Source: Nitrospirales bacterium
Lineage (GTDB): Bacteria > Nitrospirota > Nitrospiria > Nitrospirales > UBA8639
Assembly: GCA_965223295.1 (NCBI GenBank)
Contig: CBDCWC010000003.1
Coordinates: forward strand, 992,001-1,056,000
Length of the DNA: 64,000 bases
Reading direction: 5' to 3'
The notes beneath the pieces were generated by a model. That model did not search any database and was not told where the DNA came from. It was given only the letters and a program-made list of their open reading frames with translations. Both the position numbers and the translations under genes were made by a program. Positions 20,294 through 30,660 of the stretch are shown piece by piece (position 1 is the first letter of the stretch; every line of letters begins with the position of its first letter).

Positions 20294-20749
20294 ATGAACC
20301 GATTTCCTGCCAAAGTGACGTACGGCATTATGGCCACTATTGAATTGGCCTGCCACGACCGGACAATCCCCCTCCAAGCCAAAACCATTGCCAAGCGACA
20401 AGGGATTCCTTCCAGATTTATTGAACAAATCCTTCAGCAGCTGAAACAGGCAGGGATTATTCGAAGCTTGAGAGGTGCCCAAGGCGGGTATACCCTCGTT
20501 CAGGACCCTCAGGACATTTCATTGGCTGAATTAGTCAATTCAATACAAGGCATTGATCCTACTTCCGCCAATGGCAATGGATCAGCGGTGCACTCTGACA
20601 ATCCACAGGTCTCCACTGCCCTCCTGTCACAGATTTGGAAGCAAGTTCAGGAAGCCGAACAGACCGTTCTCCGAATGATTTCCCTGCAAACCCTGGTCGA
20701 GCAATATCAAACGCTCGAATCCCGGCGCAGCTTGATGTATCATATTTAG
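20294..20749 (+). CDS. Rrf2 family regulator (CymR-like; lacks the three Fe-S Cys)
   Basis: IAKRQGIPSRFIEQILQQLKQAGIIRSLRGAQGGYTL. Confidence 0.92.
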   Translation: MNRFPAKVTYGIMATIELACHDRTIPLQAKTIAKRQGIPSRFIEQILQQLKQAGIIRSLRGAQGGYTLVQDPQDISLAELVNSIQGIDPTSANGNGSAVHSDNPQVSTALLSQIWKQVQEAEQTVLRMISLQTLVEQYQTLESRRSLMYHI

Positions 20750-20852
20750 TTCCGCTATTAATGAGAGGTTTCACAATGTCCCGGAAATTAATAAATACGA
20801 TACAGACCATCAGCAAGACGCCTGACTCTTATCTGCCAATTGGAGAACAACC

Positions 20853-23351
20853 ATGAGCACCTCACCAACTGAAACCCGCCCCCCCATACAGACCATTCCG
20901 ATTCCTCAAGAAATTATTGAGGAAATCGAAACATTCGAAGATGAGGTTGCAAGGCTTCAATCCGGCGATACGCCAATAGACGTGTTTAAGCCCTTCCGGT
21001 TGCAATATGGGATCTATGGACAACGGCAACCCGATGTCCAAATGGTGCGCATCAAAATTCCATTTGGGGGAATCACTGCCAATCAATTACGGCAAGTTGC
21101 TGAACTCACTGACACCTACGCTACCGGCGTCGGGCATGTCACCACACGGCAAGATATACAATTGCATTTCGTCCCGCTCTCGCATGTGGGCACCGTCATG
21201 CGGAAACTAGCCGAGGTGGATTTAACCACCCGGGAAGCCTGTGCCAATACCGTCAGAAATGTTACGGCCTGTGCACTGGCTGGCGTCTGCCCAGGAGAAG
21301 TCTTTGATGTCACCCCGTATGCGAAAACGGTGGCCTATCATTTGTTACGGAATCCATTGAACCAAAGTCTGCCACGAAAATTTAAAATTGCTTTTTCCGG
21401 GTGTAAACAGGACTGCGCCCTTACACCCATCCACGATGTTGGACTCTTAGCCACCCGTAACGCAGAAGGCACGGTCGGGTTTAACATGGTCGTCGGCGGT
21501 GGATTAGGATCCACTCCGCGTTTGGCGAAAACACTGAGAGAGTTTGTCCCAATGGAAGAACTGATTCCATCCATTGAGGCTATACTGAAAGTCTTTGACA
21601 ATTTGGGCAATCGTAAAAACCGTAGTAAGGCCCGCATGAAGTTTGTTCTCGACAAATTAGGTTTTGAGGAATTTTCTAAACGGTGGAAAGAAACCTACGA
21701 CACCATGATCCAATCAGGCGCAACCAAACTGGGCTTCATCCCTGGTGTGTATCCTGATGATCCTCCACTGATTATGCCTACTAAAAACGGCAATGGCGCA
21801 TCAGTACATGGGAATGGCTCAACACAGAACGGGAATGTATCTTCCTCCCCTGATGCGTTTGATGCTTGGCGCGCGAGCAACGTCATCGCCCAGCAGCAGC
21901 CAGGATTCAACGCCGCGGCCATACGGCTCCGCTCCGGTGACCTGACCACCGAACAAATGTTTGTCCTGGCTGATCTGGCCGAACGTTATGCCAACGGAAA
22001 TCTTCGAACCACCATTAACCAAAATATGATGGTTCGGTGGATTCCAGATAGTCAGCTACCTCTGTTTTATGACGAGCTCGTCACACACGGGTTAGGCGAT
22101 CCAGGTGCCGAAGGGGTAGAAGACATTGTGGCCTGTCCCGGAACCGACACCTGTGGACTCGGCATCACCTCATCAAAAGGTTTGGCCCGGGCGCTAGCCG
22201 AAGTGTTTCCCGCTGGCAAAACACCTGATGACCTGAAAGGCGTCGACGTTAAAATTAGTGGGTGCCACAATTCTTGCGCGCAGCATCATATTGCCACCAT
22301 TGGGCTCCATGGAGTCGGCAAACGTGTTGGTGACCACGTCGCCCCAGTGTATGAGCTACACCTAGGAGGGCAGGTGAATGGCACCGCAAAGATTGCTCAA
22401 TTGATCGTCAAAGTGCCAGCGAAAAATGTGCCCGCTGCGGTCCAGCATTTATTGGATCTGTATCGCCGGTCACGAAACGAGGGAGAGTCGCTTCCGGCTT
22501 TTATTGCCCGTACAGGCAAAGCCGCGCTCAAAGATGAACTCATCCCGTATACGATTCTTCCTTCGTATCAAGATGATCAGAAGTTTTATTTTGATTGGGA
22601 GGGCGACGAAGAATTCTCTGTCGAGGACCTAGGGCCTGGTGAATGTGCCGGTGGCGCATTAGAGATGATCGACAACCGAATTCTTGAAGCCGAACAGGAG
22701 CTCTATCAGACTCGCATTCTGGTGGAAAAGCACCAATATGCCATGGCGATCAATAAAGCGTATCGAGCCGTGGTCGCGGGCGCCAAAGCTATTCTGGTAA
22801 CTGAAGGAATTGACCCCAACACCGATGCTGATACCTTATTGGAATTTGACACAATGATTCAGGACAAAGGGTTGTTGCCTGTTGAATATCACCACGTAGC
22901 TGAAAAATTTGGTGAGATGGGGACAAAAGACGCGTCTGCAGACTTCACTCAAGGCAAAATCGCCTTTGCCAAAGGATTTGTGGATGCCTGCCGGACCGTC
23001 ACAGAGCAAATCGGGCAAGATCTCAAGCTCACACCCACTGAAGTGGGAAGTGATGACACTGCGCCAACACCCAGTACTCCGCCTCAAGTAGAGGCACCAT
23101 CCTCCTCAGCTGGAGAAGCGGAAGTTTATGACTTACGCGGTGTGGCCTGTCCTATGAACTATGTCAAGACAAAGTTAAAGCTCGAAATGATGGACGAAGG
23201 GGAACAATTGGAAGTCTGGCTTGATGCTGGCGACCCTATTCGCAACGTTCCAGTTAGTCTGAAAAATGATGGGCATAAAGTGCTCCAGCAAATCCCGATG
23301 GATGCGGACGAGCAACATTTTAAAGTCCTTGTCGAGAAAGTCGAAGACTAA
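20853..23351 (+). CDS. sir: Ferredoxin-type sulfite reductase fused to HEPN-like and TusA domains
   Basis: FRLQYGIYGQRQ, HVTTRQDIQLH, LPRKFKIAFSGC, CPGTDTC...SGCHNSC (siroheme/4Fe-4S); C-terminal DLRGVACPMNYVKTK (TusA). Confidence 0.9.
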   Translation: MSTSPTETRPPIQTIPIPQEIIEEIETFEDEVARLQSGDTPIDVFKPFRLQYGIYGQRQPDVQMVRIKIPFGGITANQLRQVAELTDTYATGVGHVTTRQDIQLHFVPLSHVGTVMRKLAEVDLTTREACANTVRNVTACALAGVCPGEVFDVTPYAKTVAYHLLRNPLNQSLPRKFKIAFSGCKQDCALTPIHDVGLLATRNAEGTVGFNMVVGGGLGSTPRLAKTLREFVPMEELIPSIEAILKVFDNLGNRKNRSKARMKFVLDKLGFEEFSKRWKETYDTMIQSGATKLGFIPGVYPDDPPLIMPTKNGNGASVHGNGSTQNGNVSSSPDAFDAWRASNVIAQQQPGFNAAAIRLRSGDLTTEQMFVLADLAERYANGNLRTTINQNMMVRWIPDSQLPLFYDELVTHGLGDPGAEGVEDIVACPGTDTCGLGITSSKGLARALAEVFPAGKTPDDLKGVDVKISGCHNSCAQHHIATIGLHGVGKRVGDHVAPVYELHLGGQVNGTAKIAQLIVKVPAKNVPAAVQHLLDLYRRSRNEGESLPAFIARTGKAALKDELIPYTILPSYQDDQKFYFDWEGDEEFSVEDLGPGECAGGALEMIDNRILEAEQELYQTRILVEKHQYAMAINKAYRAVVAGAKAILVTEGIDPNTDADTLLEFDTMIQDKGLLPVEYHHVAEKFGEMGTKDASADFTQGKIAFAKGFVDACRTVTEQIGQDLKLTPTEVGSDDTAPTPSTPPQVEAPSSSAGEAEVYDLRGVACPMNYVKTKLKLEMMDEGEQLEVWLDAGDPIRNVPVSLKNDGHKVLQQIPMDADEQHFKVLVEKVED

Positions 23352-23360
23352 AAAGGATTC

Positions 23361-24080
23361 ATGATGTCGACCTCGCTCAATACTCCACCCTCCTCGGATG
23401 AACTGGCAAAGCTCAATGAATCCTTTGATGGACAGACTCCGCAGAACATCCTAAGAACAGCCCTAAAACAATATGGGTCAAGCATTATTTTGGCTTGTAG
23501 TTTCGGAGCCGAAGATGTCGCACTGGCAGATATGATGTTTCGGATCAATCCTCACAGTGTGCTCTTTTACCTGGATACCGACTTTTTATTTCCAGAAACA
23601 CTGGCCGTGCGTGACAACATCATCAAGCAGTATCAGTTACATGATGAACAAATCATCCACATGAAATCGTCGCTCACTCCGGCGGAACAAGCTGCACAGC
23701 ATGGCGAAGGTCTGTGGTTGAGAGACCCTGACCGATGCTGCCAACTCCGCAAGATCGATCCGTTAACCCAAGTCCTACGGCAATATGATGCTTGGATCAC
23801 AGGAATTCGGCGAGATCAATCACCCACTCGCGCTAACACGGCTTTTGTCGAGTGGGACGCCAAATTTAGTTTGGTGAAATTCAATCCGCTTGCTGCCTGG
23901 TCATGGGACCAAGTGTGGGAGTACATTCATTCCAAAAATGTGCCCTACAACGAACTCCACGATCAGCACTTTCCCAGCATTGGCTGTACGCACTGTACAG
24001 CTCCTGTCGTGCCCGGCGACGATCCCCGATCTGGCCGATGGAAAAGTTCGGCAAAGACGGAATGCGGGCTCCATCGTTAA
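23361..24080 (+). CDS. cysH: APS/PAPS reductase, Fe-S (APS-type)
   Basis: LDTDFLFPET, RCCQLRKIDP, ITGIRRDQS, SIGCTHCT, KTECGLH. Confidence 0.95.
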   Translation: MMSTSLNTPPSSDELAKLNESFDGQTPQNILRTALKQYGSSIILACSFGAEDVALADMMFRINPHSVLFYLDTDFLFPETLAVRDNIIKQYQLHDEQIIHMKSSLTPAEQAAQHGEGLWLRDPDRCCQLRKIDPLTQVLRQYDAWITGIRRDQSPTRANTAFVEWDAKFSLVKFNPLAAWSWDQVWEYIHSKNVPYNELHDQHFPSIGCTHCTAPVVPGDDPRSGRWKSSAKTECGLHR

Positions 24081-24141
24081 GAAAGTTGGGCACCTATTAC
24101 CATGCTGATTGCAGAGGTGGGAGAGAAATAAGAGGAACATT

Positions 24142-24555
24142 GTGAAAAAAATAGCGGTGATTGTGACTCGAGGAGGATTCAACAACATTTTGCAAGCCTG
24201 TGAATGGATGGTCCTGGCAGCCTCCGAGGGCATGGAGGTCAGTGGATATTTCCGGGATGAAGCAGCAAGCCGTATGACCAATGGGAAAATTAGAGAACTG
24301 ACAATGTCTCAAGAATATAAAGGACGCGAGGCTGCTCTTCGAGATCTCCTGCGAAAAGAAGGAAAAGCTGATTTGGCAGCATTACTCCAAAAGGCCAAAG
24401 AAGATGGAAATCTCAAGCTCTCAATCTGTAAAGATTCGTTGCGCTATTTTGCCCTTAGGCCTGAAGAGCTCATTGCAGAACTAGACGAGGTCCAAACAGC
24501 CGAAGCCTTTTGGAAAGAAGCTGTCGTTCCCGCAGACCAGGTGTTGACATTTTGA
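24142..24555 (+). CDS. DsrE/DsrF-like protein
   Basis: KKIAVIVTRG...AASEGMEVSGYF...LSICKDSL...ADQVLTF; GTG start after GAGGA. Confidence 0.7.
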   Translation: MKKIAVIVTRGGFNNILQACEWMVLAASEGMEVSGYFRDEAASRMTNGKIRELTMSQEYKGREAALRDLLRKEGKADLAALLQKAKEDGNLKLSICKDSLRYFALRPEELIAELDEVQTAEAFWKEAVVPADQVLTF

Positions 24556-24569
24556 CACCAAGCCACTCC

Positions 24570-25664
24570 ATGAACCATGTGATTGCCAAAATTGGCAAGG
24601 GGCTGAAAGGCGCCAAGGACCTCTCATGGGAAGAAGCCAAATTTGCCCTGAATGCGATCATTGATGGGGAAACAACCCCAGGCCAAATTGGGGCTTTTTT
24701 GATGGCCATGCGGATAAAAACTGAATCTATCGGGGAATTGGCCGCGTTTACTGCAACGGCCAGGCAGTATGTTTCACCCATTCACATTCCTAATTCTACT
24801 CATATAGTTGATCTCCCGCTTTATGGAGAAAAACATCATACGATTCATATCGTAATTGCGGCTTCTCTTGTCGCCGGTGCTGCTGGCGCCGGAATATTTA
24901 TGCATGGGATTGAAAATCCGAGTTTGGGCTATCACCTTCAACACGTTCTTCAAGAGCTGAGGCTCCCCATTGCCCTGTCCGCAGATGAAGCGACGCGCCA
25001 AGCAGCTCAACATGCTTGGGTGTATATGGATCTAGCAGGATACCACTCCCCACTAACGAAACTCTTAGATCTACGCCGGGAGTTTGGCTTACAAAATCTC
25101 TCGCATCAAATTGCCAGACTGCTCAACCCTGCCCAATTGCCTTCGCAGGTCATTGGCATTGCGCATCCACCCTATCTCAATAAAATGGCCGAAGCGCTGG
25201 ACATGCTGCGAACATCACGGGCGCTCATCATTCAAGGCGTTGAAGGTTTTCCTGAGCTTTCAATATCTGCACCATCATCTGCCCGTGAACTACGCAATGG
25301 CCATATTTCGCCTTTGACATTCCGTCCTGAAGATGTGGGATTACGCCTTGGTCGTTTCCAAGCCATGAGCGCCAAAGTCAGCCAACAAGCCGAAATGACA
25401 GCGACAGCCACCCCACAGAATGAAGCTCAGGTGATTCTCCAATTGTTGGAAAATCGTCAACGGGGCGACCGACGAGCTTGGGTTATTTTTAATGCGGCTT
25501 TATATATCTACGCAGCCGGTCTGACGTCATCTGTAGCCCAAGCTACTCCTGTAGCCATTGAGGCACTAGACTCTGGCAAAGCCACAAACTTTTACCATAG
25601 TTTTGTCAACAACCAGACGCCAACGGCTCCTGGCTCTCTTACCTCTCCCTTGGTGAACGCATGA
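24570..25664 (+). CDS. TrpD/YbiB-like glycosyltransferase family 3 protein
   Basis: [16 protein letters not shown]...[15 protein letters not shown]; lacks the canonical TrpD GTGGD motif. Confidence 0.82.
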   Translation: MNHVIAKIGKGLKGAKDLSWEEAKFALNAIIDGETTPGQIGAFLMAMRIKTESIGELAAFTATARQYVSPIHIPNSTHIVDLPLYGEKHHTIHIVIAASLVAGAAGAGIFMHGIENPSLGYHLQHVLQELRLPIALSADEATRQAAQHAWVYMDLAGYHSPLTKLLDLRREFGLQNLSHQIARLLNPAQLPSQVIGIAHPPYLNKMAEALDMLRTSRALIIQGVEGFPELSISAPSSARELRNGHISPLTFRPEDVGLRLGRFQAMSAKVSQQAEMTATATPQNEAQVILQLLENRQRGDRRAWVIFNAALYIYAAGLTSSVAQATPVAIEALDSGKATNFYHSFVNNQTPTAPGSLTSPLVNA

Positions 25665-26461
25665 ACCATATTCGGCAACTAGAAGACCAAAGTATCTTTA
25701 TCCTCCGGGAAGCCTATAAAAACTTTGATAATCTCGGCATGCTCTGGTCCATGGGGAAAGATTCTACAGTCTTGTTGTGGCTAGCACGCAAAGCGTTTTT
25801 TGGTCATGTTCCATTTCCTCTATTGCATGTGGATACCAGTTACAAAATTCCCGAGATGATCGAATACCGTGATCGTCTCGCTCGGGAATGGCGCCTCAAT
25901 CTGGTCGTTGGGCAAAACAAGAAAGCGTTGGCTGAAGGCATGAACCATGAAAAGGGCCGCATTACCTGCTGCACGGCCTTAAAAACCGAAGGGCTGAAGC
26001 TCTTGCTTGAAGAAAAAGGCTACACCGGCATTATTTTGGGTGTGCGATCTGATGAAGACGCGACTCGTGCTAAAGAACGCTACTTTTCTCCTCGTGACAA
26101 GAACAACGATTGGGATTTCCGTGACCAGCCGCCTGAATTGTGGGACCAATACAAGATCTCTTTTCCGCCAGGCACCCATATTCGCATTCATCCATTGCTA
26201 GATTGGACAGAAATTAATATTTGGGAATACATCCAACTGGAAAATATTCCATTTTTAGATAACTTATATTTGGATCAGGGGACCGGCACCCGGTACCGCA
26301 GTCTCGGTTGTGCTCCCTGCACAACGCCCATTCAATCCACTGCCAAAACTGTGGGCGATGTCATCATTGAACTGCGAAACAGTAAAGTGGCTGAACGAGC
26401 CGGTAGGGCACAGGATGAAGGACGGGGGATGGAACAGCTACGAAAAGACGGATACATGTAG
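25661..26461 (+). CDS. cysD: Sulfate adenylyltransferase subunit 2
   Basis: [34 protein letters not shown]. Confidence 0.96.
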   Translation: MNHIRQLEDQSIFILREAYKNFDNLGMLWSMGKDSTVLLWLARKAFFGHVPFPLLHVDTSYKIPEMIEYRDRLAREWRLNLVVGQNKKALAEGMNHEKGRITCCTALKTEGLKLLLEEKGYTGIILGVRSDEDATRAKERYFSPRDKNNDWDFRDQPPELWDQYKISFPPGTHIRIHPLLDWTEINIWEYIQLENIPFLDNLYLDQGTGTRYRSLGCAPCTTPIQSTAKTVGDVIIELRNSKVAERAGRAQDEGRGMEQLRKDGYM

Positions 26462-26463
26462 CC

Positions 26464-28296
26464 ATGACAAACAACGATACCATTCAAGAACGTATGAATA
26501 TTGTGATTGTCGGGCATGTGGATCATGGCAAATCCACGTTGCTAGGCCGTCTGTATGCCGACACCGGAACCCTTCCCGAAGGCAAGATTGAAAAGATTCA
26601 AGCTATTTGCCGGCAGCAGGGCAAGGAGTTTGAATATGCATTCCTATTCGATGCTTTTTTAGAAGAACAACAACAGGGCATCACCATTGATACCGCACGA
26701 ACATTTTTTACCTGGGGCGGCCGCCAATACATCATCATCGACGCGCCAGGGCATAAAGAATTCTTAAAAAATATGGTGTCAGGTGCGGCGCGTGCCGAGG
26801 CGGCACTGCTCATCATTGATGCACTGGAAGGGGTGCGCGATCAATCCAAGCGCCATGGCTTATTACTCTCTATGTTAGGAGTAAAACAAGTGACCGTGGT
26901 AGTAAACAAAATGGACCTCGTGAAGTATCGAGAAGATACCTTTCAAGCCATTGAGAAAGAGTATCGTGAATTTCTGACCCAATTGAATGTGGTTCCTCAA
27001 TACATCATCCCAGCCAGCGCCAAACAAGGCATCAATATTACTGAGGTCAGTCCCGAAACACCCTGGTACACCGGCCCTTCGGTTTTGGATTCGTTGTCCC
27101 ATTTTCACCTGGAAACCGCCCAGAGCGAACAAGCCCTTCGGCTTCCCCTGCAAGACGTGTATAAGTTTGATGCCCGCCGCATTTTAGTTGGGCGTATTAC
27201 AGCTGGAAAACTGAAAATCGGCGACCGATTAGTCTTTTCACCCACGAATAAGACCGCAACCGTCCAAACCATTGAAGCCTTTAATGTTGACCCTCCGCCA
27301 ACTCATGCCGTGGCCGGGCAATCAGTTGGCATGACCTTAGATGAGCAAATCTTTGTCGAGCGAGGCCATGTCGCCACGCATGAGGAAAACCGTCCTTTAG
27401 TCTCAACGCAAATTCGCGCAAATCTATTTTGGCTTGGCAATCGTCCACTAGAAACAAAGCGAACCTATACATTACGGCTCGCCACCCGTGAAGTACCCTG
27501 TGAAATTGTGGAGATCCATCGCATTGTCGATGCCAATAACCTAGACGACCGCCACACACAGGCGACCGTACAACGAAATGAAGTCGCAGATATCACCCTG
27601 CGGGCAAAATCGCCTTTGGCGTTTGATCTCTATGCCAACTTTGAAACGACCGGACGCTTTGTGTTGGTAGATAACTATGACGTGGCTGGCGGCGGGATCA
27701 TCACAGAATTGGTCAAGGACCAGCAAGAAGGTTTTCGAACGGAAGCCCGTGAACGCGATTCGGCCTGGGTGAAAGGCGACGTGAACGCCGAAAATCGAAG
27801 CCAACGCTATGGGCACCGTGCAGCAGTGGTACTCCTGACAGGCCCAGATACCACTGCCAAAAGTTTCTTAGCTCGAAAATTAGAGTCCGTGCTGGTCGCC
27901 GAAGGGCATCACGCCTATCTGCTGGCTGCGGAAAACTTGCAACGTGGATTGGATGCTGACCTTCATGATATCAAACCCGACGAAGTGGTCCGTCGCTTTG
28001 GGGAGGTTGTCCGGTTATTGACAGACACTGGCTCTCTTGTGATCACCACGACAAACGCTTTTCCACCGACAGCCAAAGGCATTGTCCAAACCGTCCAAAC
28101 CTTGACAAACCCAATTCCTGTCCTCACCGTACATATGGCGAAAGACCAGACCGGACCTCAACCAGATAGAGATCTGATCTTCGCTGGCCCTGAAGATTTC
28201 GATGCCTGCTCACAACAAATCCTCGAGACTTTAAGACTCAAAGGGATTCTTGGGGAACCCAAAGCATCTTCAACCGATTTCCAGTTTTCCATTTAA
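26464..28296 (+). CDS. cysN: Sulfate adenylyltransferase subunit 1 fused to a degenerate APS kinase domain
   Basis: [24 protein letters not shown]-terminal CysC-like domain with broken P-loop (TGPDTTAKS). Confidence 0.93.
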   Translation: MTNNDTIQERMNIVIVGHVDHGKSTLLGRLYADTGTLPEGKIEKIQAICRQQGKEFEYAFLFDAFLEEQQQGITIDTARTFFTWGGRQYIIIDAPGHKEFLKNMVSGAARAEAALLIIDALEGVRDQSKRHGLLLSMLGVKQVTVVVNKMDLVKYREDTFQAIEKEYREFLTQLNVVPQYIIPASAKQGINITEVSPETPWYTGPSVLDSLSHFHLETAQSEQALRLPLQDVYKFDARRILVGRITAGKLKIGDRLVFSPTNKTATVQTIEAFNVDPPPTHAVAGQSVGMTLDEQIFVERGHVATHEENRPLVSTQIRANLFWLGNRPLETKRTYTLRLATREVPCEIVEIHRIVDANNLDDRHTQATVQRNEVADITLRAKSPLAFDLYANFETTGRFVLVDNYDVAGGGIITELVKDQQEGFRTEARERDSAWVKGDVNAENRSQRYGHRAAVVLLTGPDTTAKSFLARKLESVLVAEGHHAYLLAAENLQRGLDADLHDIKPDEVVRRFGEVVRLLTDTGSLVITTTNAFPPTAKGIVQTVQTLTNPIPVLTVHMAKDQTGPQPDRDLIFAGPEDFDACSQQILETLRLKGILGEPKASSTDFQFSI

Positions 28297-28340
28297 CCTT
28301 GAGGTGGGTGGAATTTTCTCTTCGTAACAAGGGAAACTCA

Positions 28341-28910
28341 ATGGACAAAGTCACCGACTACATTTATATCACAAATGTCATTCCCCCACACGTCTGTGAA
28401 GCTGTACTGAGCGAAATTCGAGATAAAGAATGGACAAAACATTCCTGGTACAGCTATGGAGCCAATGATTATGAATCCAAGCCGGAGAAAGAACTCGACG
28501 TATTAAATACGACACAAGAGTTACAAGATGGGCTTGGCCAATTTGTTTTCCAGGCTCTCCAAGAATATATGATCAAGCATAATCCTCAAGAAGACGATCG
28601 AATTAAGAGTTTTGTTAAAACGTTTACCCCAATACGTTTTAACCGTTACAACACAGGGACTATGATGCGCGAGCACTATGATCATATCCACTCCCTTTTT
28701 GACGGCCAGCGAAAAGGTATTCCCATCCTCACTATCTTAGGAGTTTTAAATGAAGGCTACGAAGGTGGAGAATTTCTGTTCTTTGGTCATTATGAAGTGC
28801 CATTGAAAGCGGGGGACATCATGGTGTTTCCATCCAACTTCATGTATCCCCATGCCGTGAAAGAATTGACCAAAGGGGAGCGCTATACTTTTGTGGCATG
28901 GGCATTTTAA
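28341..28910 (+). CDS. 2OG-Fe(II) oxygenase (prolyl-4-hydroxylase-like)
   Basis: HYD...YEGGEF...FPSNFMYPH...GERYTFVAW. Confidence 0.88.
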   Translation: MDKVTDYIYITNVIPPHVCEAVLSEIRDKEWTKHSWYSYGANDYESKPEKELDVLNTTQELQDGLGQFVFQALQEYMIKHNPQEDDRIKSFVKTFTPIRFNRYNTGTMMREHYDHIHSLFDGQRKGIPILTILGVLNEGYEGGEFLFFGHYEVPLKAGDIMVFPSNFMYPHAVKELTKGERYTFVAWAF

Positions 28911-29199
28911 GTAAGACCGCCGTGGAGCGCATGCCTCCTTGTTAGAAAGGTGAGCCAGAAACCCAAAATCCATCCATCCACGATAAGTACTCTAAATTTT
29001 CCAAAGATCAGATACCCTCAGAGTCGCTCCCTTCTTGTCTTTTTCCATATAGCCCTAACACATTCCCCTTGAAATCACGTCAAGAGTGATTATCTCGTAA
29101 AGAAGATATCACTACCACACAGTGTGGCATTCAAAGACATCTCAGAGTAGAATAGAAGTAGCTCTTTGTAAAAATGGATTGTAAACACTTCAACAAAAT

Positions 29200-29550
29200 G
29201 GGGGTGACTGGCTTCGACGGGAAGCAGGAGGTCAACAGAGCGTGTCGAGCTCTCGGAGTCTCGTTAAACCTTCGGGAAACCATTAATTGCCAACGATAAT
29301 TTGGCTCTCGCAGCTTAATTGACTGCGACGTCTCTCTCTTCTTTGTCTGCGGGAGGGGAAGAGGCGACACTTTGCAGGCTGGTCCAAAACTGGTGCTCAG
29401 CGGCGGCGGACGAGAACGTTCTGGGCTAGTGGGCGCTCTAAGCCGGTCGGTGGGCGTGGGCAACCGCGAATTTTAAATCATCGGCTACACACGTAGGGCT
29501 GTTGCGCTGAATGTTCTCGGACAGGGGTTCGATTCCCCTCACCTCCACCA
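29200..29550 (+). ncRNA. ssrA: tmRNA, tag peptide ANDNLALAA
   Basis: GGGGGTG...TTCGAC 5' end; GCCAACGATAATTTGGCTCTCGCAGCTTAA tag; T-arm GGGGTTCGATTCCCC; CACCTCCACCA 3' end with G3-U wobble. Confidence 0.97.
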
Positions 29551-29574
29551 ATAAAAACATTCTAACAGCATAAG

Positions 29575-29600
29575 AAAGCCGGCGTAACTGCCGGCTTTTT
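29575..29600 (+). terminator. Rho-independent terminator of ssrA
   Basis: AAAGCCGGC-gtaact-GCCGGCTTTTT. Confidence 0.85.
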
Positions 29601-29828
29601 CGTTTGCTCTATGTCCAGCAAAGGGATTGGCAAATAGGAATGCTGGCCCAAAGGGCGAATTATTGGAGCGCGACCATAAGGAAAGGAATTGTTTTTTCCA
29701 GACGTGACCGCATTCCAGTCTTGCCAGGAAGACACCAAAAAAGCTTGAATTCAAGTAGTATTCAGGTTATGGGACTCGTTGACCCCCAAAGCAATATTGA
29801 GTAAGACTTAATAAAAACGTCTTCTTTT

Positions 29829-30154
29829 ATGGTGAGGTAAAAAGTTCAAATCGGCAGGAGCTGGTCCAAAGGACGAATTATTATTCTAATAGACATCCGT
29901 GACCAAGTTTGTCTAAAACCAGGCCGTTTGGTTGAAGTGAAAACTGCTACTGAACACCTAGAGGGAGCGCTGGATAATGAGGATAAGAGGGCCATATTTC
30001 GCCACTTAGCGATCAATAGACCCTTAGAGTTCATCCACTACATGGTAATCCCATCAAAATTCTTCGTGGTTCTCTGAAAAGTCGAAAATCATTAGCAGAT
30101 CAGCTCATCAAAGAACATCGCAGGGAAGTCCGACAAAATGCCAAAGCACGCTAA
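29829..30154 (+). pseudogene. AbrB/MazE-type antitoxin pseudogene interrupted by a mini-MITE
   Basis: MVR*KVQ...SKGRIIILIDIRDQVCLKPGRLVEV [insert] VHPLHGNPIKILRGSL...LIKEHRREV. Confidence 0.72.
29963..30023 (+). mobile_element. Mini-MITE (family A deletion derivative, 61 bp)
   Basis: GGGAGCGCTGGATAATGAGGATA...GCCATATTTCGCCA...ATCAATAGACCC; flanks CTAGA / TTAGA. Confidence 0.72.
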
Positions 30155-30542
30155 ACTTATACTTTGATGCCTGTGCGCTTCTTCGTTGGCTTCAAGACAA
30201 GCCCGGAGTCGATCGCGTCGACGCGTTCATGAATGAGGCCGCCACAGGGCACTATCAGGCACTGCTACATGTTTTGAATTTTGGTGAAATAGTATTGCCA
30301 AGGATTTCTTGGTAGGAATTGGCTCAGCGGAAAAGGAAGAATTTGGGCTACCTCCGATCAGTATATTGCCTTTTTCAGAATCCAATTTCTGGTGAGCTAT
30401 TGAATAATGGAAAGCGCACTATGCCATGTCCTATGTGGATTGTTTTGCGGCTGCGGGCACCATTCATGAACAAGCCACCCTCTTGACCAGTGATCCAGAG
30501 TTTGATGCGCTTCGTGATATTCTGCCTGTTGAGAAAATTTGA
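30138..30542 (+). pseudogene. VapC PIN toxin pseudogene
   Basis: FDACALLRWLQDKPG...LNFGEI...MSYVDCFAAA...LLTSDPEF with frameshifts and internal stops. Confidence 0.82.
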
Positions 30543-30660
30543 GAGTCTATTTTTCCGTTCAGCAGCAATCTACACCCGGCCAATGAACGTAAAAAATCTC
30601 GTACTCGAACGCACAAATTTCGTTATGCTTAAAGTATCTATTTAGGAGCATTCTCTCGGT

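Noticed and set aside
20566-21840. Shared NGNG-x-x-VH peptide in the Rrf2 and Sir linkers
   Set aside because: Short low-complexity linker motif; no evidence of function
29131-29463. 110-aa minus-strand ORF
   Set aside because: Antisense to tmRNA
29551-30660. Prophage or integrative element at ssrA
   Set aside because: No integrase and no duplicated ssrA 3' end seen; only TA remnants
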